A model generated the notes under the pieces. It was not told where the DNA came from. It did no database searches and saw only the letters and a list, made by a program, of their open reading frames with translations. A stretch of 64,000 nucleotides of DNA. Origin: the human T2T-CHM13v2.0 reference genome, Homo sapiens. The stretch's first letter is position 1. The number at the start of each line of letters is the position of its first letter. The stretch lies in NCBI RefSeq assembly GCF_009914755.1, contig NC_060931.1; one strand, 5' to 3'. The position numbers were made by a program, and so were the translations under genes. Positions 14,268 to 29,265 of the stretch are shown in pieces.

Positions 14268-15240
14268 TTTTAATTGAGGAATACTTTACATACAAAATAA
14301 AATGAAGATCTTAAGTGTTCAGTTCTATGAGTTTTATAAATTATACACAGCCATATAACTACATCCACATCAAGATTAGAACATTTTCATCACTCAGAAA
14401 GTTCTGTTTTGCCCTTTTCTAGTTGATGTCCCTTTTCTGAATTTTGTTGTTATAAGATTAGTTTTTCTGGTTATTTATATTTATGGAATTGCATTATATA
14501 TATGTTATATGTGTATATCTAGTATCTTTTAAGTGACATGTTTTTAAAGTTCATGCTTATATTTTTAACTTTTTTCCTGTGTATTTCCAAGTAATATCTC
14601 ATCCTATAAATATACAGTAATTTGCTTATCCATTTTCCTGTCACACATTTGTAATGCTTTGTAATGTTTCCAATGAGAAAATGGTTGGTGTGTGTTAATT
14701 GTATAAGCAACCACAAAAACAATCTTCCAAAGTAATTGTACTATTTTGCACTCTCATCAGAAATATATGAGAGTTCCTTTTGCTCCATATAGTCATCAAC
14801 AATTGTTGTTGCTAGTCTTTCTTACTCATTGTAGTCTTTTGTAAACTTTCTCTACAAGGCTTTAGGCTATTTTTAATTGGCTTGCTTGTCTTTTCATTAT
14901 TGACTGTTAGGAGTTTATTATATAATCTGGATATAATCTTTCATTAGAGAGGTACAGGAAATATATTTTTTCTAATCTATGGCATGCCTATTCATTTTCT
15001 TAAATTCTTAGGTTTCTTAACATTGTTTGTTGGTGAGCAACATTTTTTAATTTAGATGAAGTATAAGTTATTAATTTCTTTCTTGTATAATTAGTGTCAT
15101 TGCTGACGCTAAGTTCACAAATATTTTATGCATTCTTCTGAAAGCTATATGGTTTTGAATTTCACATTTTGTCTATGTTCGTCTTGGGTAAACTTTTGTG
15201 TATAGAGTGAGATAAAGGCCAAAGCATATTTATCTCCAAA
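14268..15240 (-). mobile_element. Old L1M (MB/MC/MD-type) 3' region
   Basis: aattgaggaatactttacatac...cttaagtgttcagttctatgagtttt...caagattagaacattttcatcactcagaaagttc, followed by degenerate antisense ORF2. Confidence 0.8.
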
Positions 15241-16012
15241 GTTTATGTTTTCCATGAAGCTTTGTGAGTTTTTAAAGCAAATATACTAATCCGGCTCTTC
15301 ATTTTTCTTAGTCAAATTTTCACATAATAGCCTATCTTCTCAATACGTTTGTAAGTATATTGAGAACCAAAATTATTTTTTAATATTTTTCCATAACTTT
15401 ACAGTGTGGATTTTACTTTGTTTTTAAAAAGCAAATTGTATTTGAAACAATGATTCCAAATATTGTGCGCATTAATATTGATTTGTGATTGATTAAATAA
15501 ATCAAAAATTCTAATAGGAGTGTTACATGGAACAACTAAAGAAAACTAGAAAAGGAAAGAGTAGTATTTACAAGATATTTTCTTTTAGAAGCAACCTTTT
15601 GCATTTAGATTGTTTTCGATGTTATCAAAACATTAGATAAGGTTTTTCGAAATGTCAACATAGGTAGCTTCCTGGTCAACAAAGCCAGCATTACTCCTTT
15701 ATTTACACAAAAGAAGTGGGTTCACAGACTGGCAAAGAGTGATATCTAGTGGGATTACCTTAATGTCTTGATGGCATATATTCTCATTTATTTAATTTTC
15801 ACTTTGCTGTATGATTCCTACCAGTTAAGACAGGAATGTAATGTGCTAATTAAATTATTGAAATAGTTAAGCATATTATATATCTTTTTATGGAGAAATC
15901 AGATGTAGTGTATTTAGGAAACCTTATTACTTAAATTCAAATTCATTACTTCTGCAAGTTTCTCTGGAGATAGCACAACAAGCAGTATCTTTTATATTCT
16001 CAAGGAGGTTAG

Positions 16013-16400
<388 letters not shown>

Positions 16401-16572
16401 TAATTTAGCTACCTGTCAAAACGGTAATTATTTCTAGCAAAAAATAGCAAAAGATAACCTGTTTTCCAAGAAGCCCAACTTTACTTTTGTGAATGCCTGA
16501 GGATTGCTAAGAGGCAATAACATTATAAGTATTGCTAAAGTGGCAGGCTGTAAATAGAGCTGACTGAGCAAA

Positions 16573-16587
16573 GTTGCCATGGGAAAC
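16573..16587. promoter_or_regulatory. RFX X-box-like motif
   Basis: GTTGCC-ATG-GGAAAC in unique sequence; motif match only. Confidence 0.4.
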
Positions 16588-19421
16588 TTGTAGACTTTTC
16601 CAAAAACGGAAACTGAACCAAAAGCATTGATAGTAGTTGAAGTCTGGGGTCTGAGAGAAAGTCCTTCTGCCTCCTATTGAATGTGCCTACCAGGCTGCTA
16701 GAGAATAGGTGGGTTTGTGGACATATGCTCTGCTTATCTATCCCTTTGCAAATTCCCTTATATCAGTTCACCTTCAAACTCAGCACGTCAGGTAATGAAC
16801 ACTGAGAAATGAAAAAGAAGTTTGGAAATGGAAATGAATCTTCTCATGGAAAATTTGTCTTGAATTTAGCCCGTAAAGGGTAATCTAAAATGGCTTACAG
16901 AGAGGATTTTATAGGACTTTTTTAAGTTGCCGATAGGGTCCATGTTTGGCGTGCTCTCTCCTGCTCCTTCATTTGTTTTTTCTTTCACGATTGCCCCTGC
17001 TAATACTCTCCCTCTAGTTACAAAATGAAAAACATGTGACTTGAAGAGGGTTTCTTTCCTGAGGACAAATGAGCAACACTTGAAGTGGAATACCAATTTT
17101 TTGACCCTAGCCAGCAGTGCCTGATCATTCCCTCGCGTATTTTAGCAACTCCCTTGCCTGCTGAACCACTAACATAGTAAATAGTAGAATCCTGCTCTCA
17201 AATAATGGCCAGAAAATGTTCAATTTTGGTTTCCTTGCACAATTCACTAATACAGTATATGTTTCAATAATTATGTTTTACAATTAAGTTATATCAAAAC
17301 TCCTGACAATAATTGATAAAAAAAATGGAAACAGTACATTTTGGAAATTAAATGTAGGAGCTAATTACTTCAAAGGACATTGTTGACAGATTTCATTTTA
17401 ATGTAGAAAGGATATTTATTATTTTGGTTTATAAGTCTTTGTTGAGTTTATTAAGCAATTTGTGTTGAGAAAGAAAATGTGAATCTAAAGATTTAGTAGA
17501 ACAAAGTATTACCTTGTTATAATAAAAATCCTTTAAGTTAAAATTTAAGGCGTTTCTAATTTGGAACCTCATTTCTGAGCTGTTCAGATTTAACTGAATC
17601 TATTTTTAAAAAACTTAAGTAGAATATAGCACATTATCTCTTCCCACCCTTTTTTAATGAGTAGTTTTTATTGATTGATGAAACAGGAGTTGTGTTAGAA
17701 ATATTATGTGTATACTTTTAGGTAACTGAGCACCATTTTGATATCAATCACATTTTAAGAGAAAATAATTGCTTATCTTTAATGAGAGTTTCTTCTATTA
17801 CTGATTTTTATTTTAAAAGTACAATTTTCTGACAATAGAAACATTTTTCAGATAACATGTACTTATACTATACACTGCCTGCCAATAGATTTTGCCTTTC
17901 CTGATTAATAATGTTGGCTTGTGAATTCTAAATTCCAAAGGGACATATTTTCACAAACAGAATCAGTGACATATTAAAACTATACGGGGTTAACTCATAA
18001 AATGCTCTCACAAAATATTACCAATAGATTCTATTCCAACTTAAACAGAAACTTAAAAATAAGTTCACATTATGGACAAATTAAATAGATGAACTTAATG
18101 ATTGAAATGGCCTTATACTTTTATAAATAGATGAAAATTAATGGAAAAAAATATATTAGGTATGTATTAATGAATTAATTTTCAAAAACAGAGTTTTTGC
18201 TTCATAATGACTACATATGTAAAAGATTTTGTAGAAGTTGTACTCTAAGTGTAGGTTAATAGACACTAAATTATTTTCAATAGACAGAACTTAGCCACAT
18301 GATCCTGAAAACATATTCTAGGAAAAATTTAAATATTGTGTTATATTGGAAACAGGGAAGAATTGGAAGAATGGGAACAAAGTTATTTATTTAATGTTAA
18401 GATTCATTACTAAAAATTAAATATTTGCTGACATTATAGTTTTATCATAAAAATAAGGATAGTGTAACAATATCTATGATATAATATATTTAAAATCATG
18501 TATTTAAACATGTTGTGAAAGAATTTGTTCCCTATACTACAAAAGGTTTAGTTAAGTCATATTAATGAAAATAATTCAAATGGCTCCTATAATGTATATT
18601 TTGAGTGAATACATTTATGATTATAAATCACCTTAAATTTTTCCTGTAAAGAAAGCAAAATGTATCTGTGGGCTTAAAAAAAATATTGATCACTTAAAAT
18701 GAAAACTCTTGTGAGAAATTCTTGAGCAATGTTGGTTTCAAAGGCTCTTTGACTTCAGGAGAAAGAATATAGAAGGCTACTGAATTTACATTTTCCATTA
18801 TTTATTTTCCAAATTAATTAATAGAACTAGATCCCACCTTCTTTATATTTGGGTTGTATTGAATATTGGATGAACATATGGAGAGCTCAGATTTATGTAA
18901 ACTCACCTAGGAAATATGAATGAATGATGACCATTAACTCTCACCAACACAAAATTATTTTTTAAATAAAATTATGATTATAAGGTATTTTCTGAGATTC
19001 TTGTATATTAAAATCTGGCATAATGGTATTGGTAATGAAAACAATGTCTGAGGTTCTAACTGACCATAATTGCACACTCTATTGTATTGCTAGTGAACCG
19101 TTTAGCAGATTCCATTCATCTTAGAAGCCTTAGATTGATTAAAAAATTAATGATTGATGACAATTAAGACTTAGACTCTATAAAATAAGATGTAAACATC
19201 ATGGGTTGCTGATTATTTCTTTTTTGCTATTTAGAAATGTAGAAGAATGCTTATTTAATATATACAAGTTAGATTATATCAAACTTTTCTGTGCCTTTTG
19301 TTTCTGTCATATGGCATTGAAATATTGTACAGTCCTATAGTAACACTTTAGGATGTTATATTATGAAATGGAATACTGTATATTTTCAAAGACATATTGT
19401 AATATAAATCCCCAATATCTA

Positions 19422-19952
<531 letters not shown>

Positions 19953-21430
19953 TCATTGTTTGGTTGGAACATGTTAAAATGTTAAGATTTTTGTCAAGGC
20001 TGCAGTTGTACATGTTGAAACTAATGAAGAATATGGTGATTCTACAGAAAATACAGTTAAACATTTCTGTCATGAACCTTCTATAGTCATGTACAATATT
20101 TTGGTCTGGTACACTATTGACTCAAGTGGAAGTAGTGATTCAACAGCTTACTCTTTTAAGTATGTCTTTGGAATCAGGGGACTGAGATGCTATTCTTGGA
20201 ATAGAGAGGCATCCATTATATGGCCCTCATAGCAGTCAACTATTTTCTGAGTAAAATAGTGATTATAAGACATTTTTCTGGGAATTTTGCAAATTACATC
20301 AAGATTGCCAGGTTAAATGTAAGAGCTAGGGACTAAATTTTGATGTTATAATACACAAAAGAGGGATGGGTTGTTCATTGCCACAATATTCTAGTGACAG
20401 TAAACCCTGACACCTCTGTTTCCATTCTGTTTTAGTAGAAGAAAAACGTGAGCAAATTGAAGGAAATCCAGAAAAGTTTTAAAGATGAGAATTACTCAGA
20501 ATACACAGATAGATCAGGAAATGAATAAGACAGTTCAAAATTAGTCAATATCTGAAAGAGAGGAAAGCACTAGTTAAGGAAAGAAATTAATGATTTGAAA
20601 TTTATCCAGAAATAATAAAAATAATATGAGAAATATGTGGGCATTATTATTAGCAAAAACTACCTTGGTAATGAAACTTGAGTAATAAAAGAGAATAATC
20701 TCTCATGGAAAGATAATGCAATTTCTCTTCATTTAGAGAATCTGAAACTCAGCAAGCTAAACCTTCAGCAGCAGTGCCAATGTGGTACCAAAAGGACTAG
20801 ATAAACAGTGAGCCTTAGATCTAGTATTCATGGTTCAATAAATACTTTCAAATAAGTATAATCCGTTGGCATGTGCTCTTTAAGATATGCAATGCGTTAG
20901 AATTATTGGCACTATTTGAATTATATACACTATTGTGTTTGTAATTTTTTGGTTCAGTTAAGTTATAATTAGGGAACTTTAGATCTCTTACTGTCAAGTC
21001 AAAATTCAGGAGCATTGCCGGCTGGTTCAAGGAACATCTGTTACATTAAATTTTATGATTTTCGCATGAGTTATTGCTCTATCTGTTGAGAGTGTCTTGT
21101 TTCCCTCGAATTTAACTTTAATTTTAAACATTTGTAGAAAATGTTTACATCACAATAAAGTTGTACATAAGATTTAAACACTCATAATGGAAAATGAATT
21201 GTGTGTTGTCACTCATGTCTCTACATAGCCAAAAGTAATGTAAATAATGGTACAATTTTTGACTGTTATATAGCAGTTTTCAGAATGCAACTTAGACTTG
21301 TTTTACACATATTGGAAAACCAAGATGAATTTTTATTTCAGTTAAATACTCCCTGGCATCGGTGTCCAAGGCCTAAGAGTGGGATTGGGGGGTGAGGGGG
21401 ACGATAGATTCTTCCTGATTCTATAATAAA

Positions 21431-21441
21431 ATGACTCAGCA
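21431..21441 (+). promoter_or_regulatory. Perfect ARE / NF-E2-sMAF core
   Basis: ATGACTCAGCA matches RTGACTCAGCA; motif only. Confidence 0.35.
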
Positions 21442-23134
21442 GTTCCCTGTGAGCTTGGATGTATACACATATGTTTGTGATAAATCCTCTGACTATATTT
21501 CTTACATACAGAGTGAGGAGCAATTGAAACACATCAAAGGAATATGTGTCCTTCATCAGCAAAAGACAAGAAAAAAGGATGATGGACAATTTTCATTTTA
21601 CTTGGGGCATGAAAATCAAGTTACTTAATTTTTTTTTATGGAAGGAGTGTTTATACTGCTCAGTTTTCAAATCTCAATCATATATTTTATTATGTCTGGA
21701 TATGTTACATTTCACATTAAAGCTATATGTTTAGATATAACCAAGGAGGCATCATTATAAACCATATTTCTAGATGCCTTTCTTCCCTACTTGGGGTGTC
21801 TTGGATAGAGCTGAAGCTTATTCATGTAAACCATTGATGATGCCTTAAGCCATACTTACTCACAAAGAAGTGTAGTGAAAATAAAACATCTTAAAATATT
21901 TGTGATTGAATTGATGGGTAATATGAAACTGATTCATTCATTGGAATAAATAGGAAAAGAAGTTTTAATGATTCATGAGAAAATGGAAGTTAGGTTCAAT
22001 TGTTAACCAGAAAAGGATGTTGTATTCTCAAATAAAGGCACGATGATAAAGGAGCCTATACATTGAGAGGGACAGTCTTTTTAAAGCAAGACACTTTAAC
22101 ATCCATTTGGTCTCTTCTAGAGGAAGCACTCTCTATTAAAACAAAGATTAGAATGATTTTAAGCCTATACATGTCAGGAGAATGAGATATTTTTTGACTT
22201 GTTATTTTGGCTAACAAGTATATTTTCATTTCTGTGATTCCTCATTTGCAAACTGATTAAAGTGGTTTTAGTACAGTGTTTCCTGTGGTCACGTAGGACT
22301 GTCTTAGGCTGACTCAGAATCTATGATCCAGGCACATTGTTATCGTAGCATTTCTTAAACTGCAAAAGTAACAGATTTCCCTACTGTAATAATTCTGATT
22401 AACAGCGTAAGTTCTGAGACAGGCCTGATTCTAAATGTCAGTCATGACCTCTTATATCCTAATCATTACACAGTTCAGTAGAGAAGAAAAGTAGTTGAAT
22501 TTGTACTCAGACATGTGTTAAGTACAGAAGCCACCAGAGGTGAAGGTCTATCCTTCAGAGCAGTTCAAAAGAGAAAACATCCAAGAGCTCTGAGCCTGCA
22601 TATTACGAGGGAGGCTTGACAGATGTACAAAGAGGAACTTTGGCTAAATACAATTCAGGTACAGTAAAGTATAACATTACTTCTCATCACTAAAATACAA
22701 CCACCCCATGTCCTGGAATTTGATGCACAAGGTTAAAAAAGCAAAACAAAACAAAACTTTAAAATGTAGAACTATTTTAAAGAATTATCATAAATCAGAA
22801 CTCTCCTTCATAAAGGCCTGATAATTTAGAGATTATCATCTATGCAATTGTGTTGTTATTCAAAGTAAATTAACTCCTGGCTTATAGTACAGTATTAATT
22901 TTGCATGACTGGAATCACATTAGAGACCATGTTACTCCTAGCAACATTACTACTAACATTTACTTGGTGATTTTATACTAATTTACCTGGATATCCTTAT
23001 GAGTAAAATGCATTGTACAAATACATGTAAAGTAGAATAAACTCCTATATTTGTGAATAATTTCTTCCATAATGTATTAGACAAATTTCAAATTTGGATT
23101 TAGAAAGCAGCTTATTGAACAATCTAATTCATTT

Positions 23135-23330
23135 TCTCTTAAACTTAGTTTATCATCACCATATCCTGGGTCATTATCCCGTATTATATTAAAAAAAGAG
23201 TTCCAGGCTTCATTACCAACCTACTGAATCTGAATCTACTTAGCAGAAGGGGTGTGGCATGGAATCAAAGAGGATGGAATGGAAAATACTAGAAAATTGA
23301 AATTTGAAATAAATCACTAGATTTTGATGA
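23135..23330. mobile_element. MER5-like hAT fragment
   Basis: ttccaggc...cctactgaatctgaatct...ggaatc signature; degenerate. Confidence 0.45.
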
Positions 23331-26300
23331 TTTAAATATATAGAACATTATCTAGTAAAAAAACTCATTTTATAGATACAGATATTAATTAATTCATCCA
23401 TGCATATATTTACTCAGCATTTCAATGCAAATATGTAATTAAAAATAATTAAAATAAAAATTAGATATCATCCCTATCGGCAGAGACTTTATAACCTAAA
23501 GTCATGAGTTATGTAAGTATTTGCGTGCAACCCATGTCAACAGAGAATAAATTATCAATGTATTGTTAGTGGTATGGATAGCAAGAGTTGTGATATCATG
23601 GAAAAGATCTGAACTAGATATCATGATTGTAGCTCATGTAATTTTTCTAAAAATCAGTATCCTTGCTGATAAAACGAATGCACTAATTTAGATTATTTCC
23701 AAGATTCTTTTTAGCACAATAATCTTAAAATTATGTTATTTCAGAGAAGGGTGAGTGTGAGGTGGAAGGATGGTGGAATTGTGAAAAAATAGGACTTGAG
23801 ACTGGTAGATGGATAAAGTAGGAGAGCGAGTTGGGAGAATGCAAAGTTGGTGGAAGGAGAGGAGTGAGTTAAGACAAAAAACTGGATGGTGAAGTATCAA
23901 GTTTTACTAATAATTTCAAACATATAAGCACTTGAGAGACACAGGTGAATAGGAGGGACCTGGGACTCCAAAAGGAGCTCCCGAGGTCCGTCCTTTCATC
24001 AAATTCACATTTTTGGCCCAGAGTAGTAGAAGAGGTTCCTCTGAGAAGTGAGTTACCTCACCCAAAGGGAGTATTTTAAATTATAAAACATTTCTATTGT
24101 ATGTACAAATAATTACATAGCTTATGTGACATTTATAGGGAACCATATTCCACAAATGTATAGACCCTAGATTTGTTTCCTAGAAGAAATCCAGAAATCC
24201 TAAACCATGGACCACCTAATAAAACATTTATATACATTAGGATTCTTAATTCATTTGCTTCCCGTGAGAATGATTACTAGCATGTTTACTAGAGGGTGAG
24301 ACTAGGTTAACCTGCTTTCTTTCATTCTCATTAGTGTCCCCAGTAATAGGTAGAAAAATAGATCATAGACTAGCTTCCAAAGTCTTTCTTTCCCAGGGAA
24401 AAATGTATATGTTTAGGAATAAACATGGTATAGCAAGATGTCAGGATCTAATTTGAAGATAAATCTCTATTTTAATTGTATCAACATTTAAAAAATTGAT
24501 TGGGGTTAATTTCTACTGATATATAACTAGCTGTGCCTCACTAAAGAAGAATTTAAAGTTTGAAAATGTAAAATATTGTAAAAGAAAAGAGATTTTATTT
24601 AAAATTGATTCTTCTAACTTTATTTCAGAATACATGCTTAGATGGCACTTTGTGGGAACAGTCGGTAGGGAGAAAGAAATGACTCAAGATTATGGCACAA
24701 CTTCAGGATCAACAGAATTTGATTCTGTTCAGAATTTTCAGATTCAGAATTTTCTCAACCTATTAGTCCCATTCTGTTACTGTCTATATTTTGTTAAAGT
24801 TAATATGCAAAGTAAAGCATGAGATGTGCATTTGTTACTCATTTTATCGCTATTAGCTTTTACTACTGGAAAAAGTTATCAGCAGTTTTGCTGGGAACTG
24901 TCATATTTCTGAATTTGATGTAATAATTTAAAAATATGCCTTTTTATGAGATTTCAACTAAAAGACATCCTCTGTCCCTTTAAATTTATTTTGTGGTCAC
25001 CAGAACTCACATATCGAACTAAAGTTTACATTTGAATTTTTACTTTTCACGAATTAGATTTTTACTAAACTGTTGCATTCTTAAAATTACTTTAATGAAA
25101 GTTGTCTCTATAATTCATATGTATAGACATTTATGTATTAAAGGATATTTATGTACTAAAGCTAATTCTTGTCAACCCTTATACAAAATGGGACTTATTT
25201 TAATTGTAACTAAAAGCTAATTACAGATACATATATATATATATATACACACACACTTTTTCTAATTAGCCTCACAGAAAAATTTATCACATAGTCTGTA
25301 GGGAATGTGTAATGTGCTATTTACCAAAGTGACAGCAATCAATCTATTATGTAATTTTGATTTTCATAATAGTAATTTATGAAATTAATTAAAAAGGCCA
25401 ACATGAGATGCTGCATTTAGGCATTTTTTTCAATTATGACTTCATTTTTTTAGTATAATGATTTCAATATATAGCCTTTCAATAAATCAGACAGATGCAA
25501 GTTATTCCTCTTACATCTCTAAAATTGGAAAAATATATTTGAGTATCAATGAAGGAAATAAAACTGTAATTTTAAATTACATCCAATTCTGCTAATTAAG
25601 TAATTATTGAAGACAAAATAACTCATAGAGAAGCCCTATATATTCCATATTTTTCCAGTCTCTCCTCATTTAATATTCTTATTTAATTATGAGGTATAGA
25701 ATATTAGAATTTCATTACTGGCATCTGGAAGCAAAGATAAGATGGTTGCAGGCTTTCTGGTATGGCATTGTGTGTGACGTGAGCTGACTCACAGCATAAA
25801 GGGAAATGAGAGAGAGTGAGTGTTCCTTACTGAACTTAATTGTACATAAGAGCTCCTCTGTAGCGTTGCTTTGGGGGTATCTGCCATAGAACTCTCTGAT
25901 AATGATTTCTCATCAGTGGACCAAGATGCCATTAAGTCATTCTCCTTGTTAAAATCTGCTTATTGATGAGTTTCACTTAAAAATTAAATTCAGGTCACTT
26001 CTGGACAATTGTCTTCTAATTTTTTTGTTCTCTACATAAATGGAAAATAAGTCTATAATGTTTGTCATCCAATTAAAATTTTATATAATGAAGACTGTGT
26101 TTATCAAAGACAAAGTAACTGATTCAACTTGTTCAAAATGGACCATTCATTGAAATGTTCACCCTAGTTATATGATGCTGTAGAGACAAAAATATGGTTG
26201 ACAATGTTTGCCTTCTGAAATCTCTGAAATGATATGATTTAGTGCAAATGTCTCTCAAATGTGTTTTTCTTTTAGTTAAAAGTAATAATGATTAATTCTG

Positions 26301-26379
26301 TCATCTTTCTCATTTTTCCTGAGGTAATAGGTATTATCAACTTGATATACATCTTATTACACCTTATTCTATGCTAATA

Positions 26380-27110
26380 AACATAGAAATATGTATAGAC
26401 ATATATAAAATAGAAGTGACTTTAAGTTTATTTTACAAAAATAAGGTCATAGTAGATAAGTTTGCTTTCTGTTTTTAAGGTACCATGATATCCCTACAGG
26501 TCAATAGAAATAATTAAAATATTATTTTAAGCAGCCACATAGCATTTCATAAATTGAATGTAATATAATTTGTGTGATCATTCTAGTGATACCAATTTGT
26601 GTTGTTTTTAGATTTGTTTTGGCTTTGCTGCTATAAATATGCTTCAATAAACACATTTCCAACTGGCACACCTTTTTCTCCAGGATAGAGTTCCGAGAAT
26701 GGAGTTTCTGGGTCAGAGGATGTATGTGTTTTTTAAAAATATTACTGTATTACCTTCATAAATGGCTGTAGTAATTTACATCCCCACCAGTCATATGTGA
26801 GATTTACAATTTATGTATGTTCTTGCCATTCTAAATGCTGTTAATGATTTTATTTTATTTTCATTTTTCTTTTTGACTAATCTGATTGGTTAAAAAATCT
26901 ATCATATCTAATTATTATTTATATTTGCAATTCTTTGTCTGCATGATACCTTGAGCATGTGTTTTTGCTTTCTTTGACATATTAGGTTTCCCTGTGTCTG
27001 ATTTTCCTGTTCTTATACTTTAGTTTATACTTTTCTTATCAATGTATAGATGTTCTTTTATGAGACATTAATCATGTATCTCAAGTGTGTGACAAATATT
27101 TTTCCCTATA
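26380..27110 (-). mobile_element. Ancient L1ME-like fragment
   Basis: ggatagagttccgagaatggagtttctgggtcagagg...ggctgtagtaatttacatccccaccag. Confidence 0.7.
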
Positions 27111-27129
27111 AGCCTTTGTGGTAGGGGAC

Positions 27130-27530
27130 TAGCTACCTCTCCTACATCATACCTTTACCTCTATACCCCCTGCATTTACTTCCAGCTACTCTGATTTCCT
27201 GACTTAACTGTCAAACAAGACAAGCCTTTGTATTAAGTCCTCAACCTGGGAAAGCTCTTCCACAAGAAATTTACATGGCTCACTCATTTCATTCAAGACT
27301 AAAATAACACTGTTGTAACTCTCTCTCCTCATTTGGTGTTATTTTTACTCATAGAAGTAGTATTTCTCATTACTGTGTATTATGTATCTCCTGTGTGCTA
27401 TCACTTATGTTATACAATCTCCATGACAACAGGAGTGTCTATTTTGTTTACTTTGTGCCCCCGCACACCCAACATTTAAAACACTGCCTAGTACACAGTA
27501 AATACATATTTAGATTTGATGAATAAATAA
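27130..27530 (+). mobile_element. L2 3' end
   Basis: ctccatgacaacagg...tgtctattttgtttact...acactgcctagtacacagta...gaataaataa. Confidence 0.7.
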
Positions 27531-27920
27531 TTTGTTTTTTGTTTTTATTGATGATATCCCAATTTTTAAAAATCTAAAAATCACTGAAATCTCTCAAATA
27601 ACTTGTATTAAAACTTCTGGCCTAGGACTGCATTATGTCTGTACTTTTAGTTAGGGCATTTCCCTTTCCAAATCTTTGTTTGTAGTAATATAGGCACTAC
27701 TCAGTATTCTCAAATACCTATCAGTGGACTCTTCATTATTTACTAGTCCTTAGTCTCACATTGTAAAGTTTTTAGCAATAATTAGATCTTAGAGCTGAGC
27801 ATAATTACCCCACTCACTGTCCTCTGAGGCCATCACCATTTACACATCTCTTACTCTTAACACTTACACACTCCAATCTCAGGCCCTGTGCCACTGCCGA
27901 GGCGACTGCTGCTTCCTACC

Positions 27921-28224
27921 TGTTGTAGGCAGAATCTTGTTCCCCCAAATTCATATGTCAAAGACCTAACCCCAGTACTTCAAAAAGTAACCATTTTGAA
28001 GATAAGATCTCTAAATAGGCGACTACATTAACATGAGGCCATTAGGGTGGGTTCTAATTTAACCTGATTAGTGTACTTATAAAAATAGAAAATTTGGGTT
28101 TACAGAAAGGGACACTAAAGATGCATGTGTGCGGTGGAAAGACCACATGAGGACACAGAGAAAGTGGTCATCTGCAAGCCATGGAGAGAGGCCTTGGGAG
28201 AAGATAAACCTGTTGACAGCTTGA
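27921..28224 (+). mobile_element. MaLR LTR (MLT1A/B-like), 3'-truncated
   Basis: tgttgtaggcagaat...cccccaaattcatatgt...ctaaccccagtac...gaggacacagagaa...catctgcaagcca. Confidence 0.85.
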
Positions 28225-28924
28225 ATATGAAGAATACTAGGATATTAAAAAGTCGATGATAATAGAAAAGAGAAAAAAGTCATTGCTGATGCCCTTCTCC
28301 AAGAAGCTGAGGAATTCTATCTAGCTGCAGCAGCCGGCTTTGTAGGAGCAGGTGTGCCATTAAACACGGAGAGTAGAAAGGATGGTGCAGGTTAGCTAAA
28401 AACAGTCCAGTGTCAATGGCAAAGATTCTGATCTAGCAGGCAAAGGAGAGCATGGCAGAAGAGGAAGCTCTGAAAGTAGGAAAGTCTAAAATTAGAGACA
28501 GTGACAAAGTTATGATGCTAGGTGATCTTCAGAATTGTGACATGCTTCCTATGCAGGAGAATAAAGTAGAAGGCTTGGGGAAGAAAATCTAGCCAGGATG
28601 TTGGGAGACCTGCCCATAGACTGGAGTCAGGTACTAGAAAGAAATGGATTTTCTAGGTCAAAAATGTAAAACAGAAATCTTGTTCTAGACCAAGTCATCA
28701 AGGAAGGCAGCAGATTGGAAATACTGTGACTATGGAAATATGTGACAATTTAGAATTCATTACTGCATTCTGGATGTTAAGCTGAAGCATCTGATAAACC
28801 TTTTAATGCAGGCACATCTTACGGAAAAAGGTAGAATTCATCTGTGATTTTAGTCACGAAGATCTGGGAAATCCTAGGCAGACATGTTTAATTCTGTTCT
28901 GTTCTTTTATTTAAAATCAAAGGA

Positions 28925-29265
28925 GGCCGGGTGTGGTGGCTCATGCCTGTAATCCTAGCACTTTGGGAGGCTGAGGCAGGCGGATCACTTGAGGTCAGGA
29001 GTTCAAGAGCAGCCTGGTCAACATGGCGAAACCCCATGTCTATTAAAAATACAAAAAAAAAAAAAATAGCCGGGCGTAGTGGTGCATGCCTGTAGTCCCA
29101 GTTACTCAGGAGGCTGAGGTGGGCTGAGGTGGGAGAATTACTTGAACCCGGGAGGCGGAGGAGGTTACACTGAGCCGAGATCACGCCATAGCACTCCAGC
29201 CTGGGTGACAGAGTGAGACTCCATCTCAAAATAAGTAAGTAAATACATAAATTAATTAATTAAAA
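28925..29265 (+). mobile_element. AluS with small internal duplications
   Basis: Full dimer; gctgaggtgg repeated at about 29113-29132; degenerate (TAAA)-type tail; TSD ...aaagga. Confidence 0.92.

Noticed and set aside
21381-21400. G-rich runs as G-quadruplex candidates (also about 29551-29569)
   Set aside because: Only three tracts of three or more G; not canonical
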